Assembly: GCA_964609475.1 (NCBI GenBank)
Contig: CAZSRY010000001.1
Location: 1 to 41,997 of the forward strand
Direction: 5' to 3'
DNA length: 41,997 nt
From: an uncultured Dehalococcoidia bacterium
GTDB taxonomy: Bacteria > Chloroflexota > Dehalococcoidia > DSTF01 > JALHUB01
Part shown: positions 24,770 to 34,804 of the stretch, piece by piece
Numbering within the stretch: the stretch's first letter is position 1
How the letters are laid out: each line of letters opens with the position of its first letter
Translations under genes and position numbers: made by a program
The notes under the pieces: generated by a model
What the model saw: the letters and a program-made list of their open reading frames with translations, nothing else
Database searches by the model: none
What the model was told of the DNA's origin: nothing

Positions 24770-25243
24770 ATGAGAATCATCATTATGGGCTGCGGTCGGA
24801 GGGGGTCAGAGTTGGCGGCGCTCGTGGATAGGGAGGGACACGAGGTCACAGTCCTGGATGTGGATACGGCGGCCTTCAGTTTTCTTCCCGATACCTTCGG
24901 AGGCACCAAGATAGTGGGGAACGGTATCGACGAGGACGCCCTCCGCCGGGCTGGCATAGAGCAGGCCGATGCTTTCGTCTCCACCACCCGTGGTGACAAC
25001 CGAAACGTCATGGCCGCCCAAATGGCGAAACACATCTTCAACGTGCCTCGGGTAATCACTCTTGTCCACGACCCCATCAGAGAGGAGATGTACCGTTCCC
25101 TTGGCCTCCGTACAGTGAGCCCCACTCGCGTGGTGGCTCGCTTTCTCGTAGAGGCCCTGGAGGCCGAGGAGACGCCCAACGACGTGCCGACATCCGGCCC
25201 TTCGCTTGAAGGCCCCAACGAACCGCAGAGGAGTGATCGCTAA
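24770..25243 (+). CDS. TrkA-N (RCK N-terminal, NAD-binding) domain protein lacking an RCK_C domain
   Basis: 157 aa: MRIIIMGCGRRGSELAALVDREGHEVTVLDVD. Starts 1 nt after the usp stop. Confidence 0.8.
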   Translation: MRIIIMGCGRRGSELAALVDREGHEVTVLDVDTAAFSFLPDTFGGTKIVGNGIDEDALRRAGIEQADAFVSTTRGDNRNVMAAQMAKHIFNVPRVITLVHDPIREEMYRSLGLRTVSPTRVVARFLVEALEAEETPNDVPTSGPSLEGPNEPQRSDR

Positions 25244-25244
25244 C

Positions 25245-25925
25245 GTGTATATCATCATCGTTGGCGGCGGCAAGATAGGCTACTATCTGGCCAAGCAGCT
25301 ATTGGAAGACCAGCATGAGGTGCTGGTTATTGAGCAGAACGCCGAGAAATGCGCTCAGATCGCCGAGGACCTGGGCGAGATCGTGATGCTGGGGGACGGC
25401 TGTGAGGCAGCCACCCTGGAGCGCGCAGGCATGGCCCGGGCCGGTATGGTCATAGCGCTGACCGGTGACGACGAAGACAACCTGGTGGTGTGCCAGGTAG
25501 CCAAACATAAGTTCAACGTACCTCACACTGTGGCCCGCATCAACAACCCCAAGAACGAACGCATCTTCAAGACCCTTGGAATCGACGCTACCATCAGCTC
25601 CACCAGCGTCATACTGGCCCACATCGAACAGGAGCTGCCCTCACATCCCCTGATCCCCCTCATGACCCTCAAGGGGGGCGGCTTGGAGATTGTAGAGGTC
25701 AAGATACCGCCCGAAGCTCACGTGGTGGGGAAACCAATCAAGGACATCCTGTTGCCCCACCAGTCCCTGATCACCCTGATTATCGGTTCTGGCGGGCAGC
25801 CCAGACTTCCCACTGGCGATACGATCATTCAGGCCGGCGACGAGGTGGTAGCGGTGACTATTCTGGAGAGCGAAGAGGCTCTTCGCTCCGCCCTCACGGG
25901 GGTTCCCGGTTCCCAGAAGTCCTAG
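25245..25925 (+). CDS. trkA: TrkA/KtrA-type potassium transport regulatory protein (RCK_N + RCK_C)
   Basis: VYIIIVGGGKIGYYLAKQLLEDQHEVLVIEQN; C-terminal LEIVEVKIPPEAHVVGKPIKDI...GDEVVAV. GTG 25245 with GAGGAG upstream, 1 nt after the previous stop. Confidence 0.85.
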   Translation: MYIIIVGGGKIGYYLAKQLLEDQHEVLVIEQNAEKCAQIAEDLGEIVMLGDGCEAATLERAGMARAGMVIALTGDDEDNLVVCQVAKHKFNVPHTVARINNPKNERIFKTLGIDATISSTSVILAHIEQELPSHPLIPLMTLKGGGLEIVEVKIPPEAHVVGKPIKDILLPHQSLITLIIGSGGQPRLPTGDTIIQAGDEVVAVTILESEEALRSALTGVPGSQKS

Positions 25926-25939
25926 AGGCAGGCATCCCT

Positions 25940-26767
25940 ATGACCAAACGTCTGGCATACCTGGGCCCTGCCGGCACCTTTACCGAACAGGCCGCCTTGC
26001 TCTATGACCCCCAGGCCCAGCTTATGCCCCTCACCACCGTCGCGGCGGTGGCAACGGCGGTCGATTCGGGCATGGCCGATGAGGGCGTGGTCGCCATCGA
26101 AAACAGCCTCGAGGGCTCGGTCACCGATACCCTGGACGTCCTTATCCACGAATCTCGCCTGGCCATCCGGCGGGAGCTCGTCCTGCCTATCGAGCACTGC
26201 CTTGTGGTGACTACGGGAACCAGCTCTGAGCAGGTTGAAACCATCTACTCTCACCCGCAAGCCCTGGGACAATGCCGGCGCTTCCTGGAGCGCTGCTTTC
26301 CCAAAGCGCGGCTGGAGGCATCCCTGTCCACCACCGCCGCCGTGGAGGAGATGATGCAGCACGAGGGCAGCGCCGCTGTGGCTACCCTACGCGCCGCCGA
26401 GCTCTACGGTATCCAGGTGCTCGCTCAGGGTATTGAGGACAACCGCAGCAACGAGACCCGCTTCGTGGTTCTGGCGGCCAGCGATAGCGGGCCCAGCGGC
26501 CGTGACAAGACCTCCCTCGCCTTCTCCGTCGCCCATGACCGGCCCGGCAGCCTGGTGGATGTGCTGAAGGAGTTCTCAGAGCGCCAGATCAATCTGGTGA
26601 AGATCGAATCCCGTCCCACCAAGCAGGAGTTGGGCAAGTACGTCTTCCTGGTAGACCTGGAGGGGCACCGCACCGACCCAACGGTAGCGGAGGCCCTGGA
26701 GAAGGTGCAGGCTCAGTCCTACTTCTTCAAGATATTCGGCTCCTACCCCCGCTTCGAGGCAGCGTAG
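25940..26767 (+). CDS. pheA: prephenate dehydratase
   Basis: 275 aa: LAYLGPAGTFTEQAA, NETRFVVL, ACT domain with ESRPTK. Confidence 0.92.
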   Translation: MTKRLAYLGPAGTFTEQAALLYDPQAQLMPLTTVAAVATAVDSGMADEGVVAIENSLEGSVTDTLDVLIHESRLAIRRELVLPIEHCLVVTTGTSSEQVETIYSHPQALGQCRRFLERCFPKARLEASLSTTAAVEEMMQHEGSAAVATLRAAELYGIQVLAQGIEDNRSNETRFVVLAASDSGPSGRDKTSLAFSVAHDRPGSLVDVLKEFSERQINLVKIESRPTKQELGKYVFLVDLEGHRTDPTVAEALEKVQAQSYFFKIFGSYPRFEAA

Positions 26768-26812
26768 CCTGTGTCATCATAAGGCCGGTTCCGACCACCG
26801 GGGAGCATTCGC

Positions 26813-27622
26813 ATGCCCGAGCTACCAGACCTGGAGGCGATCCGCGACTTCCTCAACCAGCGCCTGCCCGGCACCCGCATCGAGCAGGCGCAAGTGTTGA
26901 TACCCGTCGTCTTTCGCATCCCCAAGGCAGACTTCACAGCCATCCTGGAGGGCAACACCTTCGGCGATACCTTGCGCCAGGGCAAGTTCCTCCTATTCCA
27001 CCTTGACAGCGGCCATCAGATGGTCATCAATCCCATGCTCAGCGGCCGCCTCCAATATTGCCATCCCCGGGAGAAGCGATGCGCCAAGACCTGTATGGTC
27101 CTGACCCTGGCAGACGGCCGCGAGTTGCGCTACGTCGATGAGAGGCTGATGGGGAAGGTGTATGTGGTCGGGAAGGAGGAGCTGGGACAGATCCCCCAGT
27201 TTGCCGAGATGGGGCCGGACACTCTCTCGCCTGAGCTGACAGAAGAGGCCTTCGCCGAGCGGCTGCGGCGTCACAACGGCCAGGTCAAGAATATCCTCGT
27301 GAACCATAAGTTCGTCGCTGGCATCGGCAACGCTTATGCCGACGAGATACTGTTCGCCGCTGGAATCCACCCCTATCGCAAGCGTCCCACACTCTCGAAG
27401 GAAGAGGTGGGCCGCCTCTACCACGCTGTCCACTCCGTATTCCAGTGGGCCATCCCCATAGTCGTCGAACGGATGAAGGAGGGCCTCCCTCAAGAGGAGG
27501 TGCGGGACTTCCTCAAGGTGCACCGTCGCGGCGGCCAGCCCTGCCCTATCTGCGGCAACCGCATCACCGAGATCACCGCTGGTCGGCGCATCACCAGCTT
27601 CTGCCGCCACTGCCAGAAATAG
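26813..27622 (+). CDS. mutM: formamidopyrimidine-DNA glycosylase (Fpg/Nei family)
   Basis: 269 aa: N-terminal MPELPDLE, H2TH (GIGNAYADEILFAAGIHP), C-terminal zinc finger CPICGN...FCRHCQ. Confidence 0.9.
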   Translation: MPELPDLEAIRDFLNQRLPGTRIEQAQVLIPVVFRIPKADFTAILEGNTFGDTLRQGKFLLFHLDSGHQMVINPMLSGRLQYCHPREKRCAKTCMVLTLADGRELRYVDERLMGKVYVVGKEELGQIPQFAEMGPDTLSPELTEEAFAERLRRHNGQVKNILVNHKFVAGIGNAYADEILFAAGIHPYRKRPTLSKEEVGRLYHAVHSVFQWAIPIVVERMKEGLPQEEVRDFLKVHRRGGQPCPICGNRITEITAGRRITSFCRHCQK

Positions 27623-27740
27623 GATCAGCAGGATCGGTCAGTTCAGCGGCAAGTACGGGGCGCCCAGCGACATGCCTCATACCAGGTAATGAGAAAGCCC
27701 TCGCGGGCCCTTCTCTGTCGCGCTGTAAGAGGCGAAATCC

Positions 27741-28268
27741 CTAGGAATAACCGTTCGGCACTTCCCAGCCAGGAATGAACTTCCGCCACTCCTCCTGGCG
27801 TTCTAGGTAGTCGTAGAATAGGTAGAAGGCGGTAGAAGGTGGCCGGGTCGGCTGACGGAGTAGCCGCATGCGCGCCTCCTGAGGAGTCTTGCCTGCCTTG
27901 CGGTGGTTACACATCTTGCAGGCCGAGACCAGGTTCTCCCACACGTGCTCTCCGCCCTTGTTGCGGGGCATCACGTGGTCGAGCGTCAGGTCGCGGGTAT
28001 GCTTGCCGCAGTACTGACAGGTATAGTGGTCGCGGCTGAATACCTCCTTGCGCGATAGGCGCATCTGCGGTCGCGGCCTCTTGATCATGTACACCAGGCG
28101 AATGACCGACGGCAGCGAGAACACGTAGCTTGGGCTGCGAAGACAGCCATCGCCGTGCTCCAGCACCTCCGCCTTGCCCCGATCGACCAGCACAAAGGCC
28201 CGCCTAGCGTTGCAGACGTTTAGAGGCTCATAATTCTGATTCAGGACCAGTACAGCAGAGTTGACCAT
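27741..28268 (-). CDS. HNH endonuclease (McrA-like, stand-alone)
   Basis: 175 aa: YTCQYCGKHTRDLTLDHVMPRNKGGEHVWENLVSACKMCNHRK. Confidence 0.85.
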   Translation of the reverse strand: MVNSAVLVLNQNYEPLNVCNARRAFVLVDRGKAEVLEHGDGCLRSPSYVFSLPSVIRLVYMIKRPRPQMRLSRKEVFSRDHYTCQYCGKHTRDLTLDHVMPRNKGGEHVWENLVSACKMCNHRKAGKTPQEARMRLLRQPTRPPSTAFYLFYDYLERQEEWRKFIPGWEVPNGYS

Positions 28269-28302
28269 GGATGTTAGATTCGAGAAGGTTATTTAGAAGG
28301 CC

Positions 28303-28332
28303 ATGATAACAGAATGTTCCCTTGCCGGGCAA
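28303..28332 (-). promoter_or_regulatory. sigma-70-like promoter for the HNH gene
   Basis: Minus strand TTGCCC (28332..28327) - 18 nt - TATCAT (28308..28303). Confidence 0.35.
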
Positions 28333-28374
28333 CTGATCGCAGTGCATGGCTGATGATCCGAATGGAGTGGCTAA

Positions 28375-28869
28375 TCAGAGGGCATTAACAGCGTTGTCGA
28401 ACTCGCCGGGTAGTATCTTCAGGAGTATGGGGATCCAGTCTAAGAACATCGGCCCAAACAAAGACTCGTCGATGGTCTCTCTCAGACCCAGGGCAGGGTA
28501 GGTGACGAAGACGATGAGAAGTACCTCCACCACCACCAGGCCCTTCACAAAGCCGAAAACCGCTCCCAATAGCTGGTCAAACGTGCCCAACATCAGCAGG
28601 GAGGCCGTCTGCTTGAGCACCATCGCCGTCAACTGGCCGGCAAGAGCGCAGGCCCCAAATATGACCAGAAAGGCTATTATCTCAGGAGCGTTGTCTGCAT
28701 CTATCGCCAGCTTGACGTCGTCGGCCAGATCTTCGTAGAAAAAGCCAGCCAGAACTATCCCCAGAGCCACGCCGATGATGGTCACCACCTCGCGGATGAC
28801 CCCCGCCGAGAAGGCGAAAAAGGTGAACCAGGCAATTACTGCGACTATGACGATATCTAGCCAGTTCAT
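28375..28869 (-). CDS. cvpA: CvpA family membrane protein
   Basis: 164 aa: MNWLDIVIVAVIAWFTFFAFSAGVIREV plus three further hydrophobic segments. Confidence 0.8.
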   Translation of the reverse strand: MNWLDIVIVAVIAWFTFFAFSAGVIREVVTIIGVALGIVLAGFFYEDLADDVKLAIDADNAPEIIAFLVIFGACALAGQLTAMVLKQTASLLMLGTFDQLLGAVFGFVKGLVVVEVLLIVFVTYPALGLRETIDESLFGPMFLDWIPILLKILPGEFDNAVNAL

Positions 28870-28884
28870 GATTTCTCAGGTCAA

Positions 28885-31242
28885 CTAGGGTGCTGGGTGG
28901 ACGAGCGCGGTCTCCGATAGGGCCGCGTTCAGCACCTCAGCCATGTCGCCAGCAAAGACAAAACGCAATCCCCGACGGACCCCCGTCGGCACTTCGTGAA
29001 GGTCCTTGGCGTTCCTCTTCGGCAGTACGAAGGTCTTGATACCCGCCCGATGGGCCGCCAGCACCTTCTCCCTTAGACCTCCCACCGGCAGTACTCGTCC
29101 TCTGAGCGTGATCTCTCCAGTCATGGCCACCTGGCGGCTTACTGGTCGTCGAGTCAAGGCTGAGATGAGGGCGGCAGCGATGGTAATGCCTGCCGATGGC
29201 CCCTCCTTGGGCACTGACCCCGCCGGAACATGGACATGTATGTCGTGCTTGTCGAATAGCTTGGGCGATACCCCCAGAATGTCTGCCTGAGAGCGGGCAT
29301 AGGACAGTGCCGCCTGAGCCGATTCTCGCATCACGTCGCCCAGTTGGCCAGTCAGAATCAGATTGCCCTTGCCGGGCATCAGGGTTACCTCCACTCCCAG
29401 TATATCGCCCCCCATCTCCGTGCGGGCCACGCCGGTGGCCACGCCTACCTGATCTACATCTTCGGCCGCCCCCCAGAAAAACTTCTGCGGTCCCAGGTAC
29501 TTGGAGATCATGCCAGCTGCCAGCGTCACGGGGTGGACGCTGCCTTCAGCCACCTGACGGGCTGTCTTGCGGCAGATGCTCCCTATCTCCCTCTCCAGAT
29601 GGCGCACCCCTGCCTCTCTCGTGTATTCCCGAATGATCCGACGAAGGGCAGGGGCTGAGAATCTGAGCTGGTGGGGCGATAGGCCGTGCTCCTCCAACTG
29701 CTTGGGCACCAGGAACTGCTGGGCGATGTGCAGCTTCTCTTCCTCGATGTAGCCCGGCAGTTCTATGACCTCCAGACGATCGCGCAGCGCGGGTATTACC
29801 GGCTCCAGGAAGTTGGCCGTGGCGATGAACAGGACCTTCGACAGGTCATAGGGCACATCCAGGTAGTGGTCAGAGAAGGAGTGGTTCTGCTCCGGGTCCA
29901 GCACTTCCAGCAGGGCCGACGAGGGGTCGCCGCGAAAGTCCACCCCCACCTTGTCCACTTCGTCAAGCATGAACACGGGATTGATCGTGCCTGCCGTGCG
30001 CATGGTCTGGATGATGCGGCCAGGTAGAGCTCCCACGTATGTACGACGATGCCCCCTGATCTCCGACTCATCGCGGATGCCTCCCAGGCTTATCCGCACG
30101 AACTTGCGGCCCAACGCCTCTGCGATGGAGCGGCCCAGACTGGTCTTGCCCACGCCTGGCGCCCCCACAAAGCACAAGATAGGACTGCGCAGACGCTCTT
30201 TGGCCAACTGGCGCACCGCCATGTACTCCAGGATTCGCTCCTTCACCTTACTCAGGCCGTAGTGATTGCGGTCCAGAACCTCGGCTGCCCTCCGGATATC
30301 AAGACCGTCCCTAGTCTGAGCAGCCCAAGGGAGCGTTGTCAGCCAGTCAAGATAAGTGCGAATGACCGAGACCTCCGGCGAGAGTGCATGCATCTGCTCC
30401 AGGCGCCCCAACTCCTCCTCAGCCCTCTGCGCGACCTCAGCGGGCATGCCGCTGGCGGCGATCCTGACCCGGGTCTCCGCCGCCTCCCGCGCCTGGGGAT
30501 CCGTTTCCCCCAGCTCCTTCTGGATCGCCTTCATCTGCTCCCGCAAGAAGTACTCTCTCTGGGTCTTATCCACCTCCTCCTGCACCTGGCTGTGAATCCT
30601 GGACTGGAGCTCCAGCACATCCAGCTCCTTGGCCAGGATGATGCTCAGACTCTGGAGCCGCTCCTTGGGGTCGATTGTGCTCAACACCTCATGGCCGGTC
30701 TCTGCCTCCAGATCGATGGAGGAGGCGATGAAGTCGGCCAGCCAGCCCGGCTTGTCGATGTTCATCGCCATCACGTAGGCGTCCTCCGGAGTATTGGCGG
30801 AGAGGTGCACGCACTTCTCAAACAAGGCCAGGACAGCCCGCATCAAGGCCTTGGTTCCTACTGACTCCTGCTCCGGTTCTTCTATCGGAGTGACGCGCAC
30901 GCAATAGTAGGGCGCCGACTCTACGATCTCCTCCATGCGCAGGCGGCGCTGCCCCTGCACCCAAACCTGCGTCGTGCCGTCAGGCAGTCGTAGGGCACGG
31001 CTTATCACTGCCTCGGTCCCTATGGGATAGACATCTCCCAGTTCGATCTCCGAGGTATCGGGATCCCTTTGCGTTGCCACAACCACCGCGCTGTCGCGCA
31101 GCGTAGCCTCCTCTATTGCCCGTATGGAGGTAGGTCGGCCCACTAGTATTGGGCCGGCAGTATTGGGGAAGAGAATGCCGCGGCGACGCGGCAACAGAGG
31201 CAGTTCGAAGGATGGCTGCTGGCGCTTTCTCCTACGGGCCAA
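28885..31242 (-). CDS. lon: ATP-dependent Lon protease
   Basis: 785 aa: LON N-domain (LPLLP...LFPN), Walker [10 protein letters not shown], Walker B FMLDEVDK, protease Ser PKEGPSAG and Lys. TTG start. Confidence 0.95.
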   Translation of the reverse strand: MARRRKRQQPSFELPLLPRRRGILFPNTAGPILVGRPTSIRAIEEATLRDSAVVVATQRDPDTSEIELGDVYPIGTEAVISRALRLPDGTTQVWVQGQRRLRMEEIVESAPYYCVRVTPIEEPEQESVGTKALMRAVLALFEKCVHLSANTPEDAYVMAMNIDKPGWLADFIASSIDLEAETGHEVLSTIDPKERLQSLSIILAKELDVLELQSRIHSQVQEEVDKTQREYFLREQMKAIQKELGETDPQAREAAETRVRIAASGMPAEVAQRAEEELGRLEQMHALSPEVSVIRTYLDWLTTLPWAAQTRDGLDIRRAAEVLDRNHYGLSKVKERILEYMAVRQLAKERLRSPILCFVGAPGVGKTSLGRSIAEALGRKFVRISLGGIRDESEIRGHRRTYVGALPGRIIQTMRTAGTINPVFMLDEVDKVGVDFRGDPSSALLEVLDPEQNHSFSDHYLDVPYDLSKVLFIATANFLEPVIPALRDRLEVIELPGYIEEEKLHIAQQFLVPKQLEEHGLSPHQLRFSAPALRRIIREYTREAGVRHLEREIGSICRKTARQVAEGSVHPVTLAAGMISKYLGPQKFFWGAAEDVDQVGVATGVARTEMGGDILGVEVTLMPGKGNLILTGQLGDVMRESAQAALSYARSQADILGVSPKLFDKHDIHVHVPAGSVPKEGPSAGITIAAALISALTRRPVSRQVAMTGEITLRGRVLPVGGLREKVLAAHRAGIKTFVLPKRNAKDLHEVPTGVRRGLRFVFAGDMAEVLNAALSETALVHPAP

Positions 31243-31343
31243 TTGCCCGCACCCCCTGCACTTCGGAATAACCCCGCCAGCCCCACCAGGGACAGAACCA
31301 GTCTAGCACAAGCCCAAGGCTCTGACAAATGATGGCTCGATCC

Positions 31344-32000
31344 TCACCTATCACCACGGAAGCCCCATGCCCACACCCGCCTACGGTAGGCGAGAATCAG
31401 CAGTGACAGTACCAACAGCCCAAACAGATAGCCTCCCAGCACATCGCTGGGCCAGTGCACCCCGACGTACACGCGCGCCGGCCCCGTAGCCAAGATCATG
31501 AATACGCAGAAGAGCTGGAACAGCAATCGCAGGCCACGATGAGGGAGCACTTCTCTCGCCATGACGAATAGAAGGCCGTAGAGAACCATGGCTCCCACTA
31601 CATGGCCACTGGGGAAGCTATACCCGGAGGCCCCGTCCGATACCCGCACCAGGTCCGCCGACGGTCGCGGTCTGGCGACCGCCTCTACCAAGAGCCAGCG
31701 CAAACCCCTGGGCACAAATGTCAGGAGGACAAGAGTGGCCTCCCAAAGGCGTCCTATCAGAGCCAGCGCGCCCACAGCCGCCAGAGTTATCAGCGAAGCC
31801 GGCAGAGCATCGCCGGCCCTGTTAGTGAAGGATGCGATGGGCCCGAAGCCAGCCTTGTCCAGGTCTTGAATCCAGTGGGCCAGGCGCAAGTCGGCAGGGA
31901 AGTATGAGGTTGCGGCCGCGAAACCCGCCATAGCTGCCAGCACCAGCGCGCCCAGACACCAGGCAGACCCAAACAGGGCTCTATTGGATATCAATCGCAA
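31344..32000 (-). CDS. PAP2 family phosphatase (membrane)
   Basis: 218 aa: RPRP, SFPSGHV, GVHWPSDVLGG. TTG start. Confidence 0.85.
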   Translation of the reverse strand: MRLISNRALFGSAWCLGALVLAAMAGFAAATSYFPADLRLAHWIQDLDKAGFGPIASFTNRAGDALPASLITLAAVGALALIGRLWEATLVLLTFVPRGLRWLLVEAVARPRPSADLVRVSDGASGYSFPSGHVVGAMVLYGLLFVMAREVLPHRGLRLLFQLFCVFMILATGPARVYVGVHWPSDVLGGYLFGLLVLSLLILAYRRRVWAWGFRGDR

Positions 32001-32032
32001 CCGCCAGAGCTATCTCGATCCTTGGAGCGATT

Positions 32033-32920
32033 ATGACATGGATGCTCCAAGCCCTCAATAGCCGAGCTCTGGCCTTTACCCCTCGAACTGGCCGATGTTA
32101 TAATCCGCTTCGCTCCTACCAGCAGCGAACCACACAGTCAGTAGGAGGTAGACCTATCGGCGAGCAGCGGATCCGTCAACTCCTGGAAGCGATAGCCGCA
32201 GGCACCACCAGCGTTGAAGCCGCCCTGGAAGAGCTGCGACATCTGCCCTATGAAGACCTGGGCTTTGCCAAGATAGACCACCATCGGGCCCTGCGCGACA
32301 GCCTGCCTGAGGTTGTCTTGGGGCAAGGCAAGACCCCGGAGCAGATCGTTGCTGTGGCTCAGCGGCTGGTGGAACGCTCTGGCAGGCTCCTCGTGACCCG
32401 CGTAGACCAGGCCTGCTTCCGGACCCTTCGGGAGCAGATCTCCGACATCGCCTATCACGAGACAGCGCGGGCGGCCACTGTAAACCGCCAACCCCAAGTA
32501 CCCACGCCGGGCGTAACGGTGCTCTGCGCCGGAACCGCTGACTTGCCGGTGGCGGAAGAGGCGGCGATAACAGCGGAACTGATGGATCACCAGGTAGAGC
32601 GGGTATATGACGTCGGCGTAGCGGGCATCCATCGCCTGCTCGATCACCTCCCCCAGCTCCGCGAGGCGCGGGCGCTGGTGGTGGTGGCCGGAATGGAGGG
32701 TGCTCTGCCCAGCGTGGTGTCGGGCCTGGTGGCGGTGCCCGTGATCGCCGTGCCGACCTCCACCGGATACGGCGCCAGCTTCCAGGGCATAGCGCCTCTG
32801 CTGACCATGCTCAATAGCTGCGCCCCCGGCGTCGCCGTCGTCAACATCGACAACGGCTTCGGCGCTGGCTACCTGGCCGCTGTCATCAATAGCCTGGCTC
32901 ACTCCGAACGTGAGAGCTAG
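32033..32920 (+). CDS. larB: nickel-pincer cofactor biosynthesis protein LarB (PurE-like)
   Basis: IRQLLEAIAAGTTSVEAALEEL, FAKIDHHR, VTVLCAGTADLPVAEEA, VVVAGMEGALPSVVSGL, VIAVPTS.GYG. The true start may be downstream of 32033, but no canonical start codon follows the internal AGGAGG. Confidence 0.8.
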   Translation: MTWMLQALNSRALAFTPRTGRCYNPLRSYQQRTTQSVGGRPIGEQRIRQLLEAIAAGTTSVEAALEELRHLPYEDLGFAKIDHHRALRDSLPEVVLGQGKTPEQIVAVAQRLVERSGRLLVTRVDQACFRTLREQISDIAYHETARAATVNRQPQVPTPGVTVLCAGTADLPVAEEAAITAELMDHQVERVYDVGVAGIHRLLDHLPQLREARALVVVAGMEGALPSVVSGLVAVPVIAVPTSTGYGASFQGIAPLLTMLNSCAPGVAVVNIDNGFGAGYLAAVINSLAHSERES

Positions 32921-32967
32921 CTGCCAACCGCCGCCGCTGTCAGAGCCGTCCGGTGGAGAGTAGAAAA

Positions 32968-34161
32968 GTGACCTCAATAGCCTATCTCGACTGCTTCTCC
33001 GGCATAAGCGGCGACATGCTTCTCGGCGCCCTGCTCGATGCTGGCCTATCAGCACAGGCGCTGCGACGAGAGTTAGCCAAGCTCAGGCTGAAAGGCTATC
33101 GCCTGAAAGTGGAGAAGACACGGCGAGCCAGCCTGACAGCGACCCAGGTGACCGTAGAGCTGAGAAAAGGCCAGCGTCACCCCCATCGACGGCTGGACGA
33201 CATTCTCAGCCTTGTCCGGGACAGCGATCTGCCCACCGATGACAAGGAGCGGGGCGTCTCCATACTTCGGCGTCTGGCTGAGGCCGAGGCGCGTGTACAC
33301 GGCACCACACCCGATTCCGTGGTGCTGCACGAACTGGGTTCGCTGGACACCCTTGTCGATGTCATGGGGGCAGTGGCAGGCCTGCGCTTGTTGGGGATCG
33401 AGGAATTGTTCGCCTCTGCGCTGCCGGTGGGTCGGGGAGATGTGGAAGGGGCCCACGGGACGTTACCCGTGCCTGCTCCTGCCACCCTGGAGCTACTGGC
33501 TCAGGCCCAAGCCCCCATCTCAGCCGCTGACTGGCAAGGCGAGTTCGTCACCCCCACCGGCGCCGCCATCGTCACCACCCTCGCCCGCTTCGAAAGGCCT
33601 GCCATGACGGTGACGACGGTAGGCTACGGCGCCGGCAGCCGCGATCCCGCCGACAGGCCCAATGTGCTTCGCCTCTGGCTGGGGGAAAGGCTGCCGGCAG
33701 GACGGAGCGTCATGCTCCTGGTCGAAACCAACATCGATGATATGACTCCTGAGATTCTGGGCTATGTGCACGAGCAGATCTTCGCTGCTGGCGCCGCAGA
33801 CGTTTGGTTCACCCCCATCCAGATGAAGAAGAACCGGCCTGCCATCGAGCTCTCCGCCCTCTGCTTGCCTGAGAACGAGGACGCAGTAGTTGGCCTACTC
33901 CTGCGAGAAACCTCAACCCTGGGCGTGCGGGTGACAGAGGTGCGCCGGCATGAGGCCGTCCGTGAGACCGTCGAGTTCCCGTCGAGCCTGGGAGCGGCGA
34001 TAGTCAAGGTCAAGCGGTTGCAAGGAGAGCCGCCGCAGATCTCCCCGGAGTACGAGGCGTGCCAGCGGTTGGCCCGAGAGCGAGGGCTTCCCCTCGCCGA
34101 GGTCTATCGCATTGTCCAGGCAGAGGCCCGCACCCGTCTAGAAGAGAGGGATATCCGCTAG
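32968..34161 (+). CDS. larC: nickel insertion protein LarC (DUF111)
   Basis: IAYLDCFSGISGDMLLGALLDAG, HELGSLDTLVD, VPAPAT, ETNIDDM. I prefer GTG 32968 (GGAGAG 7 nt upstream); the track start is 32953. Confidence 0.85.
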   Translation: MTSIAYLDCFSGISGDMLLGALLDAGLSAQALRRELAKLRLKGYRLKVEKTRRASLTATQVTVELRKGQRHPHRRLDDILSLVRDSDLPTDDKERGVSILRRLAEAEARVHGTTPDSVVLHELGSLDTLVDVMGAVAGLRLLGIEELFASALPVGRGDVEGAHGTLPVPAPATLELLAQAQAPISAADWQGEFVTPTGAAIVTTLARFERPAMTVTTVGYGAGSRDPADRPNVLRLWLGERLPAGRSVMLLVETNIDDMTPEILGYVHEQIFAAGAADVWFTPIQMKKNRPAIELSALCLPENEDAVVGLLLRETSTLGVRVTEVRRHEAVRETVEFPSSLGAAIVKVKRLQGEPPQISPEYEACQRLARERGLPLAEVYRIVQAEARTRLEERDIR

Positions 34162-34225
34162 GGATACCCCTCTCTGTCCTCACTCAAGGATGACCGAAAG
34201 CGTAATTTGCCGTCGGCTTCAGCTA

Positions 34226-34759
34226 CTAAGAGCCTACCATGATCATTAGGCTGGTCGTGCCGTCCTCCTCACTGACGGTGATCCAGGCGGCGACCTTTCC
34301 ATCGTCCTTCGACCAGATTCCTACGCCGCCCCCGCCTTCCTCGCCGCTGCTGCTAAGCGTGAACTCCTCTTTCCAGCCGTTCATCTTGTCCTTGTACCAA
34401 TCGAAAACCTCATCCGAGGAGTCCTCGCATTCATAGATGCCGTACTCAATCTTGGTGTAGTCCGCCGCTTCTAAATCGCCGCCTATCGCGGGAATGAGAG
34501 CCTCTGAGCCTGACCACTCGCCAGAATCAGTTTTCTTGGCACCCGGGTAGACCGGCACATCTGCTATGGACCCCTCTCCACCGCCGTCCTCGGCACCGCC
34601 GTTCTCCTCGGCAACGGGCGTGGCTTCCCCATCGCCGTTCTCCTCGGCAACGGGCGTGGCTTTACCCCCGTCTTCGTCCTCATCACCGCCGCAGGCGACG
34701 AAGGCGGCACCAGCCGCTAGAGCCACCACTATCAGGAGATATATCCAGGTCTTCTTCAA
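34226..34759 (-). CDS. acidic lipoprotein, function unknown
   Basis: MKKTWIYLLIVVALAAGAAFVAC (signal peptide plus lipobox Cys), Asp/Glu/Gly linker with a 12-aa tandem repeat, C-terminal VPVYPGA... domain. TTG 34759 has AAGGAGGTG upstream. Confidence 0.7.
   Translation of the reverse strand: MKKTWIYLLIVVALAAGAAFVACGGDEDEDGGKATPVAEENGDGEATPVAEENGGAEDGGGEGSIADVPVYPGAKKTDSGEWSGSEALIPAIGGDLEAADYTKIEYGIYECEDSSDEVFDWYKDKMNGWKEEFTLSSSGEEGGGGVGIWSKDDGKVAAWITVSEEDGTTSLMIMVGS
34598..34662. repeat. in-frame tandem duplication (36-nt period, 29-nt identical cores)
   Basis: GCCGTTCTCCTCGGCAACGGGCGTGGCTT occurs at 34598-34626 and 34634-34662. It encodes ATPVAEENG twice in the lipoprotein linker. Confidence 0.9.
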
Positions 34760-34804
34760 CTGTGCACCTCCTTGCACTCGTTAGCGAATCAGCAAGCCTC
34801 TCGC

